A stretch of DNA of 64,000 bases from Candidatus Dormibacteria bacterium (GTDB lineage Bacteria > Chloroflexota > Dormibacteria > Aeolococcales > Aeolococcaceae), in the NCBI GenBank assembly GCA_050734155.1, contig JBOHUD010000023.1, positions 15,726-79,725 of the forward strand, read 5' to 3'. The notes beneath the pieces are model-generated. The model did no database searches. It saw nothing but the letters and a program-made list of their open reading frames with translations, and was not told where the DNA came from. Shown here one piece after another: positions 17,298-26,956 of the stretch (positions are counted from its first letter, which is position 1; each line of letters begins with the position of its first letter). Position numbers and translations under genes: made by a program.

Positions 17298-19084
17298 TCG
17301 CCACCGCCGGGCATGTCGATCACGGCAAGTCCACTCTGGTGCGGGCGCTGACCGGCATGGAGCCCGACCGCTGGGCGGAGGAACGCCGCCGGGGCATGAC
17401 GATCGACCTTGGCTACGCCTGGACGCGGCTCCCCTCGGGCGCGGAGGTGGCCTTCGTCGACGTGCCCGGCCATGAACGCTTTGCCACCAACATGCTGGCC
17501 GGCGTCGGCCCGGTGCCGGCGGTGCTCCTGGTGATCGCCGCCGACCAGGGCTGGGCCGCCCAGACCGAGGACCACGTTGGCGCGCTCCACGCCCTCGGCG
17601 TCCGCCACGGCCTGGTCGCAGTCTCGCGCAGCGATCTCGCCGATCCCGCGGGCGCGATGGAACAGGCCCGGGTGCGCCTGCGCGGCACCAGCCTCGCGGG
17701 CATCCCCGCCATCGCTGTCTCCGGCGCCACCGGCGCGGGGCTCGATGAGCTGCGCGTCGCTCTCGACGAGCTTGCCGGACGATTGCCCCACCCCGATCCC
17801 GGCGCCCGGGTGAGGCTCTGGCTCGATCGCTGCTTCACCATCCGCGGCGCCGGCACCGTGGTGACGGGCACCCTGCCGGCGGGAACCATCCGGCGCGGCG
17901 ACACCCTCGAGCTGGCCGGCCGCCCGGTGACGGTGCGCGGCCTGCAGTGCCTCGGCACCGCCGTCGACGAGGTGACCGGGACAGCCCGCGTCGCCCTCAA
18001 CCTCCGCGCCGTGGGCCATGACGAGGTGCGCCGCGGGGACGCGCTGCTCACCCCGCGAGCCTGGCGGCGCAGCAACGTCGTCGACGTGCGCGCCGACACC
18101 GGCGCCGTGCCGTCTCGGCTGGTGGTCCACCTCGGCTCGGCGGCCACCCCAGCCGTCGCCCGTCCGCTGCTCGACGGTCCGCCGCTCGCTCACGCGATCG
18201 TGCGGCTGCGGCTCCGGGTGCCGCTGGCGCTGCAGGTGGGCGACCGCATCCTGCTCCGCGATCCCGGCCGCCGCCTCGTGGTGGCCGGCGCGACCGTGCT
18301 CGACCCGGCGCCTCCGCCGCTGCGCCGGCGCGGCGCCGCCCGCGCCCGCGCTGCCGCGCTCCGCGACGACCGAGGCACACCCAGCCTCGAGCGCGAGCTG
18401 TCGCGGCGCGGCGCGGCGCCCGCTGCCCTGCTCCAGGAGCTGGGCGTGCCCGTTGCCGAACCCCTGCCTGGAGTCGCCGTCGGGGTCGCCGGCTGGATCG
18501 TCGACCGCGTGCTGTGGGAGAGGTGGGGGCGGCAGCTGGCAGCGGCGGTCGAAACGCGGCCGTCAGCGGGCCCGCTCGATGCCGGGGTCAGCCGCGCGGA
18601 GCTGGTCGCGGCCCTGGCCCTGCCGGACGAGCGTCTCCTGCCCGAGCTCCTGGCGACGCAGCCCGGCGTCGAGGAGGATCGCGGCCGGGTCAGGCTCCGC
18701 GGCACCGCCGCCGCCCTGCGTCCCGACGTGGCCGCCGCCGTCGCTCGCCTCGTGGCTTGCCTGCGCGAGCAGCCGTTCAGTGCCCCGGAACAGACCGGGC
18801 TCGCTGCGCTGGGGCTCAGCCGCCGCGAGCTGGGCGCCGCGGCGTCCGCCGGCGCGATCCTGCGGCTGCCGGGCGACATCGTCCTCCTGCCCGACGCACC
18901 TCGCGAGGCCGCGCTGCGCCTGCGCGGCCTCCCCCAGCCGTTCACGCTGTCGGCCGCGCGCCAGGCACTGGGCACCACCCGGCGCGTCGCCGTGCCCCTG
19001 CTCGAGCATCTCGACTCCCTGCGCGTCACCGAGCGCATCGACGAGGGCCGGCGCCGGCTGCGCACCCCGGTGCCGCCGCCATGA
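17288..19084 (+). CDS. selB: Selenocysteine-specific elongation factor SelB
   Basis: N-terminal GTPase AGHVDHGKSTL followed by SelB winged-helix C-terminal domains. GTG start overlaps the selA 3' end. Confidence 0.85.
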   Translation: MHVIATAGHVDHGKSTLVRALTGMEPDRWAEERRRGMTIDLGYAWTRLPSGAEVAFVDVPGHERFATNMLAGVGPVPAVLLVIAADQGWAAQTEDHVGALHALGVRHGLVAVSRSDLADPAGAMEQARVRLRGTSLAGIPAIAVSGATGAGLDELRVALDELAGRLPHPDPGARVRLWLDRCFTIRGAGTVVTGTLPAGTIRRGDTLELAGRPVTVRGLQCLGTAVDEVTGTARVALNLRAVGHDEVRRGDALLTPRAWRRSNVVDVRADTGAVPSRLVVHLGSAATPAVARPLLDGPPLAHAIVRLRLRVPLALQVGDRILLRDPGRRLVVAGATVLDPAPPPLRRRGAARARAAALRDDRGTPSLERELSRRGAAPAALLQELGVPVAEPLPGVAVGVAGWIVDRVLWERWGRQLAAAVETRPSAGPLDAGVSRAELVAALALPDERLLPELLATQPGVEEDRGRVRLRGTAAALRPDVAAAVARLVACLREQPFSAPEQTGLAALGLSRRELGAAASAGAILRLPGDIVLLPDAPREAALRLRGLPQPFTLSAARQALGTTRRVAVPLLEHLDSLRVTERIDEGRRRLRTPVPPP

Positions 19085-19365
19085 GCGACCCCACCGAGTG
19101 GATCGCGCGGTTGGTCGTGGAGCTCGCCGCCAGCGGCGCTGAGGCTGTGAGCGTCGACATCGTCGACGCGTCGACGGTGGGGGCGCTCCTGCGCCTCGCC
19201 CGGGACGTGGCCCACGGCAGCGAGCGGTTCAACGCTCCGCTGAGCACCTACGTCGCCGGGCGGTACGTGGCCGCACGCGTGGCCGCGGGTGTCGATCAGG
19301 CGACCGCCATCGCCGAGGTCGAGCAGGCGGTCACCCGGGTGCTGGGGGCGCCTCCCCCAGGGTGA
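19081..19365 (+). CDS. Small hypothetical protein (94 aa), translationally coupled to selB
   Basis: ATG overlaps the selB TGA as ATGA. Codon usage is consistent with the genome. No recognisable domain. The 3' end overlaps mobA convergently by about 35 nt. Confidence 0.4.
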   Translation: MSDPTEWIARLVVELAASGAEAVSVDIVDASTVGALLRLARDVAHGSERFNAPLSTYVAGRYVAARVAAGVDQATAIAEVEQAVTRVLGAPPPG

Positions 19366-19948
19366 CCAGGTCGTCCGCGCAGTTGAGATTGACGGCAAAG
19401 CGCCCCGCGCGCTGGTCGGCGAGGAGGTCGGCGACGTCGATGGTTCGCACCCGCAGGTCGTCGAGGACGGCGCGCATCCGCAGGCGGCCCCCGGCGAGCG
19501 CGCCCGCCATCGCCGGAAGTGCGGAGCGCGCGTACACGGCGTGGAGCGGCTCCAACCCGTTGACGCTCAGGGGCACGACCGCGTCGTCCTCGGTGCTGCA
19601 CGCGGCCGCCAGCAGGGCGAGGAGCTCGGCGTCGAGCCACGGCATGTCGACCGCGACGACGGCGGTGAGGTCGTGTGGTGAGGCACGCAGCCCGGAGACG
19701 ATCCCGGAGAGCGGGCCGGCGGCGACGCTCTCCGGGACCGAGGCGCAGCCGGACACGGTCAGCGGCCGCTCCCCGGGGGCCAGCAGCACCGGGTCCGAGA
19801 CCGCGCGCAGGCGGCGGGCGGCGCGGTCGACGAGGCGCTCGCCGTCCACCACCAGCACCGCCTTGTCCACTCCCATCCGCCGGCTGCGGCCGCCGCAGAG
19901 GATCAGGCCGGTGAGCGGCGGCGCCGCGACACGGTCGGCGCGCATCAT
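19331..19948 (-). CDS. mobA: Molybdenum cofactor guanylyltransferase MobA
   Basis: LILCGGRSRRMGVDKA N-terminal motif; 205 aa. Confidence 0.75.
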   Translation of the reverse strand: MMRADRVAAPPLTGLILCGGRSRRMGVDKAVLVVDGERLVDRAARRLRAVSDPVLLAPGERPLTVSGCASVPESVAAGPLSGIVSGLRASPHDLTAVVAVDMPWLDAELLALLAAACSTEDDAVVPLSVNGLEPLHAVYARSALPAMAGALAGGRLRMRAVLDDLRVRTIDVADLLADQRAGRFAVNLNCADDLVTLGEAPPAPG

Positions 19949-19998
19949 GGTCTGATGATGACGCCATGGTGAGCGTCGCTCGTCCCCCGAGCGCGGCG

Positions 19999-21198
19999 AT
20001 GAGCGTCGCGGACGCCCGCGCGAAGCTGCTGGAAGGGCTGTGCCCGCTGCCCGGCGAGGACGTGACGCTGACCCTCGCGCTCGGCCGGGTCCTGGCCGGC
20101 GAGGTGCGCGCGCAGACCGACCTGCCGGGCACCGACAACTCGGCCATGGACGGCTACGCGGTGGTCTCCGCAGAGATCGCCGGCGCCACGGCCACCTCCC
20201 CGGTGCGGCTGGCGCGGGGAGCAGAGAGCCGAGCCGGCCACCCGGCGCCCGAGCACCGAGCGGGCACCGCCACTCTCATCGCCACCGGCGCCCCGATTCC
20301 ACGCGGCGCCGACGCGGTCGTCGCCTTCGAGCAGACGGAGCAGGAAGGCGCTGCGGTGGTGTTCGCGGCCGAGGCAGACTCTGGCCAGCACATCCGCAAC
20401 CGCGGCGAGGACATCTGCGCGGGAACCGTTGTCATGGCGGCGGGCCGGCGGCTGCGCAGCGTCGACCTCGGCGTGTGTGCCGCCGCCGGGCTGGCGCGCG
20501 TTCGTGTGGCGCGGCGGCCGCGCGTGGCCCTGCTCAGCAGCGGTGACGAGCTGGTCGAGCCGGGCACGGCGCCGCAGCCGCACCAGGTCACCGACGTCAA
20601 CAGCGCCATGCTCGCCGCGGCGGTGCAGGAGGCGGGCGGGGTGCCCGTGCCCCTGGGCGTGGTCGGCGACGATCGCAGCGCCGTGCTGCTCGCCCTGGAG
20701 AAGGCCCGTGACAGCGCCGACCTGGTGGTGAGCAGCGCCGGGGTGAGCATGGGCGGGCATGACCATGTCCGCGACTGCGTTGCCCAGCTCGGCTCGGTCG
20801 ATCTCTGGACGGTGGCGATGCGTCCCGGCAAGCCGCTGGTCATCGGCCGGGTCGGCCAGACGCCCTTCGTGGGACTGCCCGGCAACCCGGTGAGCAGCGC
20901 GGTGACCTTCCTGCTCTTTGCGCGGGCCGCGATCCTGGCCCTGCAGGGCGCCGACCGGCTGCTGCCCCGGACATTGCCGGTGGTCCTCGGCGAGCCGTTC
21001 GAGAAGCCCGCTCACCTGGAGACCTACCTGCGGGTGCGTCTGGAGAGCAACGGACGCGACCTCGTGGCGCGCTCCAGCGGTGGCCAGGGGTCGGCGATGA
21101 TGCACGGGCTGGGCGCCGCGGAGGCGCTGCTGGTGCTGCCCGTTGGCGGCAGCTCCTTTCCCTGCGGTGCACCGGCAACGGCCCTGCAGCTGCCATGA
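19999..21198 (+). CDS. moeA: Molybdopterin molybdenumtransferase MoeA
   Basis: DLPGTDNSAMDGYAV and GDEL motifs; MoeA domain order. Internal ATG 19999 preferred over the ORF-track start at 19966. Confidence 0.8.
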   Translation: MSVADARAKLLEGLCPLPGEDVTLTLALGRVLAGEVRAQTDLPGTDNSAMDGYAVVSAEIAGATATSPVRLARGAESRAGHPAPEHRAGTATLIATGAPIPRGADAVVAFEQTEQEGAAVVFAAEADSGQHIRNRGEDICAGTVVMAAGRRLRSVDLGVCAAAGLARVRVARRPRVALLSSGDELVEPGTAPQPHQVTDVNSAMLAAAVQEAGGVPVPLGVVGDDRSAVLLALEKARDSADLVVSSAGVSMGGHDHVRDCVAQLGSVDLWTVAMRPGKPLVIGRVGQTPFVGLPGNPVSSAVTFLLFARAAILALQGADRLLPRTLPVVLGEPFEKPAHLETYLRVRLESNGRDLVARSSGGQGSAMMHGLGAAEALLVLPVGGSSFPCGAPATALQLP

Positions 21199-22241
21199 CC
21201 GCGGCGCGCGGCCCCGCAGCCGCACCTGCCAGCCCTGAGGCGGGGATCAGAGACCTGTACTCGCGGGCGCTGCGTGACGTGCGCATCTCGGTCACCGATC
21301 GATGCAACTTCCGCTGCACCTATTGCATGCCGCGCGCCTCGTTCGGCCCCGGTCATCGCTTCCTGGGCCGCGAGCAGCGGCTGACCGCAGTCGAGATCGT
21401 CCGCCTTGGTGCACTGCTGGTGCGCCTGGGCACGCGCAAGATCCGGCTCACCGGCGGAGAGCCGCTGCTGCGCGACGACCTCGAGGAGATCGTCCGCGGG
21501 CTGGCTGGAACCGGCGTCGCCGACCTGGCGCTGACCACCAACGGCAGCCTGCTGGAGCGCCGGGCGGCACGGCTGCGCAGGGCCGGCCTGCACCGCCTCA
21601 CCGTCAGCCTCGACAGCCTCGACCCGGCGGTGCACGTGCGGATGAGCGACAGCGGCGTCGGCATCGAAACGGTCCTCGCGGGAATCCGAGCGGCGACGGA
21701 GGCGGGATTCGCGCCGATCAAGCTCAATTGTGTCCTGCGACGGGGAATCAACGACGAGGCGGTGGAGCAGTTGGTGGATTTCGCCCGCGCCAATCGCCAC
21801 ACCCTGCGCTTCATCGAGTACATGGACGTCGGCGAGAGCAACCGGTGGTCCCGCGCGGACGTGGTGCCCGCCGCTGAGGTGGTGGCTCGGGTGTCGGCGC
21901 GACACGAGCTGAACGAGCCTGCCCGGGATGATCCGGCCGACGTCGCCCAGACATACCGATTCGCCGATGACCTCGGCGAGGTGGGGGTCATCGCCTCGGT
22001 GACCCAGCCCTTCTGCGGGGCCTGCACACGCCTGCGGGTGAGCGCCGACGGCAGGTTGCACACCTGCCTCTTCGCCAGCACCGGAACCGACATCCTCGCC
22101 GCGCTCCGCGGTGGGGACGACGCCGAGGTGGAACGGATCATCCGCCACACCTGGATGGCTCGCACCGACCGCTACTCGGAGCGGCGCGGCGAGGACGTGC
22201 CCGGGCGGCGTCGTGTCGAGATGTCGTACATCGGCGGATGA
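21195..22241 (+). CDS. moaA: GTP 3',8-cyclase MoaA (radical SAM)
   Basis: CNFRCTYC radical-SAM cluster motif and the C-terminal CxxCxxxRxxxDG auxiliary cluster. ATGA overlap with the moeA stop. Confidence 0.85.
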   Translation: MTAARGPAAAPASPEAGIRDLYSRALRDVRISVTDRCNFRCTYCMPRASFGPGHRFLGREQRLTAVEIVRLGALLVRLGTRKIRLTGGEPLLRDDLEEIVRGLAGTGVADLALTTNGSLLERRAARLRRAGLHRLTVSLDSLDPAVHVRMSDSGVGIETVLAGIRAATEAGFAPIKLNCVLRRGINDEAVEQLVDFARANRHTLRFIEYMDVGESNRWSRADVVPAAEVVARVSARHELNEPARDDPADVAQTYRFADDLGEVGVIASVTQPFCGACTRLRVSADGRLHTCLFASTGTDILAALRGGDDAEVERIIRHTWMARTDRYSERRGEDVPGRRRVEMSYIGG

Positions 22242-22591
22242 GCGAGATGGAGGCGGTGGCATCCGCCCAGGCGCCGCCCGCACCGGGCAGCGTTCGCGTG
22301 CTCTTCTTCGGCTCACTTGGGGAGCGGATGGGCAGGGAGGTCATGGTCGCGACCCCCGGCCAGACGGTGGGCGACGTCTGGGAAGCGGCAACCGCACACT
22401 GTGCCGGCGGGCCGCCCAGCCGCGCCGGGCTGCTCTGCGCGCGCAACCTCGAATACTGCACCTGGCACGATGTGGTGCAGCCCGGCGACGAGCTGGCATT
22501 CATGCCACCGGTGTGTGGCGGTTCGACGGATCAGGGCTGCGTCATCGGCACCATGGCCGGCGCGGCGCCGCTGACCTGGTCGCAGGGGTGA
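22238..22591 (+). CDS. moaD: MoaD/ThiS-family sulfur-carrier protein with a 22-residue extension after the internal GG
   Basis: Beta-grasp motifs VRVLFFGSL...ELAFMPPVCGG, then STDQGCVIGTMAGAAPLTWSQG before the stop. ATGA overlap with moaA and GTGA overlap with the next gene. Confidence 0.6.
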   Translation: MSEMEAVASAQAPPAPGSVRVLFFGSLGERMGREVMVATPGQTVGDVWEAATAHCAGGPPSRAGLLCARNLEYCTWHDVVQPGDELAFMPPVCGGSTDQGCVIGTMAGAAPLTWSQG

Positions 22592-23367
22592 GCGCGAATG
22601 TCGCCTGGCTGTGCATGACGCCCGTCAAGGGCATGCGCATCCAGCAGGTCGACGAGCTGCGGCTCGAACGGCACGGGGCTCACAACGACCGCCGCTTTGT
22701 GATCACCGACGAGCGGGCCCACCTGGTCAACGGCAAACACCTCGGTGTGCTGATGCAGCTCGTCGCCATGTGCGACGAGCCCGCCACCACGCTCACCGTC
22801 CGGTTTCCCGACGGGATGGTGGTCACCGACCGGGTGAGGCTGGGCGAGACGCAGGCGATGACCGCGTACGGGGAGCCCCGAGCGGTCCGAGCGGTGCTGG
22901 GCCCGTGGTCGGCTGCGCTCTCGCGCTGGGCCAGGCATGAGCTGCGCATCGTCCAGCCGGTCGACCCCGCCGACGGGATCGACCGGCGCCGGCGGGGCGG
23001 GGTGACGCTGCTGTCGGTGGCATCTGTGGACTGGCTCGCCGGGGCCGCGGCCGTTGCCGAGGTCGACGCACGCCGCTTTCGCATGACGATCGGCGTGGGC
23101 GGCGTCGACGCGTTCGCCGAGGACCGCTGGCCGGGCCGGGCGATCGGCGTCGGAAGCGCCTCGGTGAGGGTCGGCGGCAACGTCGGGCGCTGCGCGGTGA
23201 CCACCAAGAATCCGAGCACCGGCGCTGCCGACCTGCGGACCCTGCATGTTCTCGCCCGCTGGCGCGGGGAGGTCGACTCCTCTGAGTCGCTGCCATTCGG
23301 GGTGTGGGGGGAGGTTGTGGTTCCCGGCGTTGTGCGCCTGGGTGACGCGCTCGACGGGCTGGACTGA
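22588..23367 (+). CDS. MOSC-domain protein (MOSC_N beta-barrel plus MOSC; YcbX/YiiM-like)
   Basis: N-terminal VAWLCMTPVKGMRIQQVDEL resembles the MOSC_N motif LYIYPVKSxxG. A C-terminal MOSC Cys region is present. GTG start overlaps the moaD stop. Confidence 0.6.
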   Translation: MSANVAWLCMTPVKGMRIQQVDELRLERHGAHNDRRFVITDERAHLVNGKHLGVLMQLVAMCDEPATTLTVRFPDGMVVTDRVRLGETQAMTAYGEPRAVRAVLGPWSAALSRWARHELRIVQPVDPADGIDRRRRGGVTLLSVASVDWLAGAAAVAEVDARRFRMTIGVGGVDAFAEDRWPGRAIGVGSASVRVGGNVGRCAVTTKNPSTGAADLRTLHVLARWRGEVDSSESLPFGVWGEVVVPGVVRLGDALDGLD

Positions 23368-23429
23368 TGTGGAGCCGCTGACCTGGCCTGCCGCTGTCCG
23401 CCGACGTCGTCCCCCTGGTCGCGACCAGG

Positions 23430-24542
23430 TCATGCCCGGCCCTCGCGGGCCAGCGCGCCAGCTGCCGGCTGGTGATGGAGAACAGGCGCGGCGGTCAGGG
23501 CCGAGGCCACCGCGAGCACGCTGAGAGCCGACCAGACGAGGCCGCCGCCCCACAGTTCCGGCTTCCAGCCGAGCCCGTGATCGTGCAGGGCGACACCGAG
23601 CAGGAAGATTCCCCAGAACAGTGGCGGGCCGATCCCGGCGAACGCCAGCAGCGCCGTCCGGCGCGCGGGACCCGGCCTGAGCATCGTCGCGGCGACGCAC
23701 ACCGCGGCGGTGCCCACCAGCCCGAGCGCGACCAGACCAGGGTCGTTGAATCCCTGCAACGCCTGGAGCAGAACGATCTGGACGCCCATCACGATCGCCG
23801 CCATCGAGGCGGTGACCCGGAACCGGCGCGCCAGCAGCAGCAGCGGCACGAAGAGGGTGAGGCTGCCGATCATGAACGCGGCAACGCCGGCTTCGACGTT
23901 CAGGTTGGAGGTGAGGTCGCTGATGGGACGGATGAAGCCGATGCCCAGGGCGGCGTTGACGCTGACGAAGGCGTTCTGCCGAAGCTGGGCGAACTCCTGG
24001 AGGATGAAGATGGTCAGACAGCCGGCCAGCGCGGCCGAGCCGATCGCCGGGAGCAGGTCGGAGAACGGCGAATCCTGGCTGCGCTCCGGGTCATCCCAGG
24101 CGGCGCGCAGCGGGGCGGTGATGATCAGCAGACCTCCCGTGAACAGCCCGAGATGAGTGGGGCTGAGAAGGGCACCGATGCTCCTCTCGATGCCGAAGAG
24201 CAGGTGCCAGGTTGCGTCACCCGCGCCACTGGCGAGGAAGATGACCACTCCGGCCACCGCGGGCGCGTAGCCGGGCGGAATCGCTTCCCGCCAGGAGCGC
24301 TGCGGTGCTCTGCGGCGCCAGACCGACAGGCAGATCCAGCTCGCGGACGCGGCAAACCCCGAGTAAAGCGCGGCATGCCAGGGTGTGAAGAAGGTCTCCA
24401 CCAACGTGCCCGTGTTGTGCGCCCAGCCGTCGAGGAAGATTCCCAGGACGAGCCAGCTGGCCAGGCCCAGGGTGATGGCGTCCTCCCTCGGGCTCATCCG
24501 GCGTCGCCGGCTCGGGTCCCACCGATCGACCGCTTGCATCAC
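23430..24542 (-). CDS. Polytopic integral membrane protein, unknown function
   Basis: 370 aa with about 10 hydrophobic helices. No recognisable catalytic motifs. Confidence 0.5.
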   Translation of the reverse strand: MMQAVDRWDPSRRRRMSPREDAITLGLASWLVLGIFLDGWAHNTGTLVETFFTPWHAALYSGFAASASWICLSVWRRRAPQRSWREAIPPGYAPAVAGVVIFLASGAGDATWHLLFGIERSIGALLSPTHLGLFTGGLLIITAPLRAAWDDPERSQDSPFSDLLPAIGSAALAGCLTIFILQEFAQLRQNAFVSVNAALGIGFIRPISDLTSNLNVEAGVAAFMIGSLTLFVPLLLLARRFRVTASMAAIVMGVQIVLLQALQGFNDPGLVALGLVGTAAVCVAATMLRPGPARRTALLAFAGIGPPLFWGIFLLGVALHDHGLGWKPELWGGGLVWSALSVLAVASALTAAPVLHHQPAAGALAREGRA

Positions 24543-24676
24543 GTCTCCTCCTGGCCATCCATTCCCGGCTGCTCCGGTGGAGGCATCGTGGGGCTCGGCA
24601 GCTCAGCCCTTCGTCCTCCTCAGTGGCCAATCCGGCTCATCATTTGGGAGGAGATGTGACCGCGGCGGCGGTCGCC

Positions 24677-25330
24677 TCAGCTGACCCGCGGCTCGACCAC
24701 TCCCATCTCGTACGCGAGCACCACGGCCTGCACTCGGTCACGCAGTCCCAACTTGTCGAGCATGTGGGCGACGTGGGTCTTGACCGTGGTCTCGCTGAGG
24801 AAGAGCTTCTTCGCCACCTCCTGGTTGCTCAGCCCACGGGCGACCAGCAGGAGCACCTCTCGTTCACGCTCGGTGAGGCTGGCGATGTCGGCCGAGGAGG
24901 GCAGCGCGTGGCGCCCGGAGAAGCGCGCGATCAGGCGTCGGGTCACCGACGGCGCCAGGATGGCGTCGCCTGACGCCGCCACCCGAACGGCGCGGATCAG
25001 GTCATCGGCGGGTGCATCCTTGACCAGGAACCCAGACGCTCCGGCGCGCAGGGCCTCATACACGTACTCGTCGAGGTCGAAAGTGGTGAGGATCACGATG
25101 CGTGGCGGCGCTGCTGCGGCGCAGAGGTGCCGGGCAGCTTCCAGCCCATCCATGGTGGGCATGCGGATGTCCATGAGGATCACGTCGGGTGCGAGGACCC
25201 GTGCCCTGGCGATCGCCTCCTGGCCGTCGCCCGCCTCGCCGACCACCTCGATGTCGACCTCACCCTCGAGGATGGCCCGCAGCCCGGCCCGCACCAGGAC
25301 CTGATCGTCGGCGACGAGCACGCGGATCAT
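24677..25330 (-). CDS. NarL/LuxR-family response regulator
   Basis: REC domain (DDQVLVRAGL, phospho-acceptor D in ILMDIRMP) plus a C-terminal LuxR HTH (EVAKKLFLSETTVKTHV). Confidence 0.85.
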   Translation of the reverse strand: MIRVLVADDQVLVRAGLRAILEGEVDIEVVGEAGDGQEAIARARVLAPDVILMDIRMPTMDGLEAARHLCAAAAPPRIVILTTFDLDEYVYEALRAGASGFLVKDAPADDLIRAVRVAASGDAILAPSVTRRLIARFSGRHALPSSADIASLTEREREVLLLVARGLSNQEVAKKLFLSETTVKTHVAHMLDKLGLRDRVQAVVLAYEMGVVEPRVS

Positions 25331-26475
25331 GTCGTGGGTGACTCGAGCGGCAGCCGTGCCACGACACGGAACCCGCGTTCGAGGGGCCCCGCGAGGAAAT
25401 CGCCGCCGAGCAGGCTGACACGCTCGCGCATGCCGGCCACCCCATTGCCTCCTGAGCCACCGCGGCCTCCACCCCGACCGTCGTCACAGACCTCGACTGT
25501 CAGCTCGCGGGGGCCGTAGGTGACGTTGACCACCGCCCTGGCGGCAGCCGCATGCTTGAGCACGTTGGTGAGCGATTCCTGGACCAGGCGATAGGCCGAC
25601 AGCTCCACGCCCGGGGGAAGCGCGTGGCGGTTGCCGGTGATGCTCACGTCGACGGCCAGGCCCGCCTTGCGGACGTCGTCGATGAGCGACCCGAGCTGGT
25701 CGAGGCCCGGCTGTGGTTCCAGGGCAGCGTGGTCATCGCCGGGACAGTGCAGCACACCGACCACCCGGCGCAGGTCGGACAGCGCCCGCCGTCCGGTCTG
25801 CTCGATCACATCAAACGCCGCCACGGCCTGGGCAGGATCGCGTCGGGCGAGGCGCCCCCCGGCGGTGGCCTGGAGGACCATCACGCTGACACTGTGGGCG
25901 ATCACATCGTGGAGCTCTCTGGCGATGTGGGTTCGTTCCTCGGCAGCCGCCTCGCGCGCCAGCAGCGCTCCCCGATCCTCGAGCTGGGTCAGGTACGCCC
26001 GCCTGGTGCGCACCCCGTAGCCCAGCACCGCCGGGGACGCGAAGAGCAGCCCGTTGTAGGGCAGGTCGGAGAGGTTGACGTGCCCCTGGTTGTGCCAGCT
26101 GAGCAGGATGCCGGCGGTCATCCCGGCCAGCAGCCCCACCACGGCGGTGGCGACCAACCACGTCCCCAACTCCCGGGTGAAGGCGGTGTAGAGCGCCGCG
26201 AGCAGGGCGAAGTTCTCGAAGAAGGAGTTGTTGAACCCGAGGATGAGGTTGCCGATCAGGGCTGCGCCGATGAGCCATACGATCGGGATTGGCCAGCGGC
26301 GGCGCAGGGTCACCGGCACAGTTATCAGCGCGATCATCAGGGCGTGCAGCGCCGAGAGCGTGCCCGTCTGTTGGGAGGTCAGCAGATCGGCGCTGCCCAT
26401 GAGCAGGAGCGCCAGGGCGCCGTCGACGAAGGGAGCCGGGATCGAGCGGACGCGGTGCCAGAGGTCGGTGAACAT
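25327..26475 (-). CDS. Sensor histidine kinase (HisKA_3 / NarX-like)
   Basis: N-terminal TM helices, H-box ERTHIARELHDVIAHSVS, HATPase_c C-terminus. ATGA overlap with the response-regulator start. Confidence 0.8.
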   Translation of the reverse strand: MFTDLWHRVRSIPAPFVDGALALLLMGSADLLTSQQTGTLSALHALMIALITVPVTLRRRWPIPIVWLIGAALIGNLILGFNNSFFENFALLAALYTAFTRELGTWLVATAVVGLLAGMTAGILLSWHNQGHVNLSDLPYNGLLFASPAVLGYGVRTRRAYLTQLEDRGALLAREAAAEERTHIARELHDVIAHSVSVMVLQATAGGRLARRDPAQAVAAFDVIEQTGRRALSDLRRVVGVLHCPGDDHAALEPQPGLDQLGSLIDDVRKAGLAVDVSITGNRHALPPGVELSAYRLVQESLTNVLKHAAAARAVVNVTYGPRELTVEVCDDGRGGGRGGSGGNGVAGMRERVSLLGGDFLAGPLERGFRVVARLPLESPTT

Positions 26476-26614
26476 CAGGGATCAGTCGCGAGGGTAGCGT
26501 CTCGGCCTCCGCCAGGCGTCATCCCTGCGGACGACATCGGTGTCATCCCTGTCCATTTCCCGCCGAGCCGTTCGTCGTCGGGTCATGATCAACCCTCTTT
26601 TGGAGGCTGTCGTG

Positions 26615-26956
26615 ATGGAGTACATGGTCTTGCTGTCCCGCGGGGAATGGGAGGACAACGCGCCCGAGGATGAGCGCAACCGGACGTACCAGGAGATTCA
26701 ACAGTGGTGGGGCCGGCTCGCCGCTGAGGGCAAGATCGTCGGGGGTCACCAGCTGCAGCACCCCGACACCGCCACCACCGTGGTGCTGCGCGGCGGTAAG
26801 TCGACCGTCGTCGACGGGCCCTTCATGGAGGCGAAGGAGGTGATCGGGGGTTACGGCATCTTCGATGTTGCCGACCTCGACGAGGCGATCGCGCTGGTCC
26901 GCACCTTCCCGTCGCCGAGCGGCGCCGTGGAGATCCGCCCTGTCGTCGTCCGCTGA
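26615..26956 (+). CDS. YciI-like / DGPF-domain protein
   Basis: MEYMVLLSRGEWEDN... resembles the YciI family (MKYMLLIYG). Commonly found adjacent to ECF41-type sigma factor genes. Confidence 0.55.
   Translation: MEYMVLLSRGEWEDNAPEDERNRTYQEIQQWWGRLAAEGKIVGGHQLQHPDTATTVVLRGGKSTVVDGPFMEAKEVIGGYGIFDVADLDEAIALVRTFPSPSGAVEIRPVVVR

Noticed and set aside
16610-18193. 527-aa minus-strand ORF overlapping selA and selB
   Set aside because: Antisense to two well-supported genes. Composition is Ala/Arg/Ser/Pro-rich and carries no motifs.
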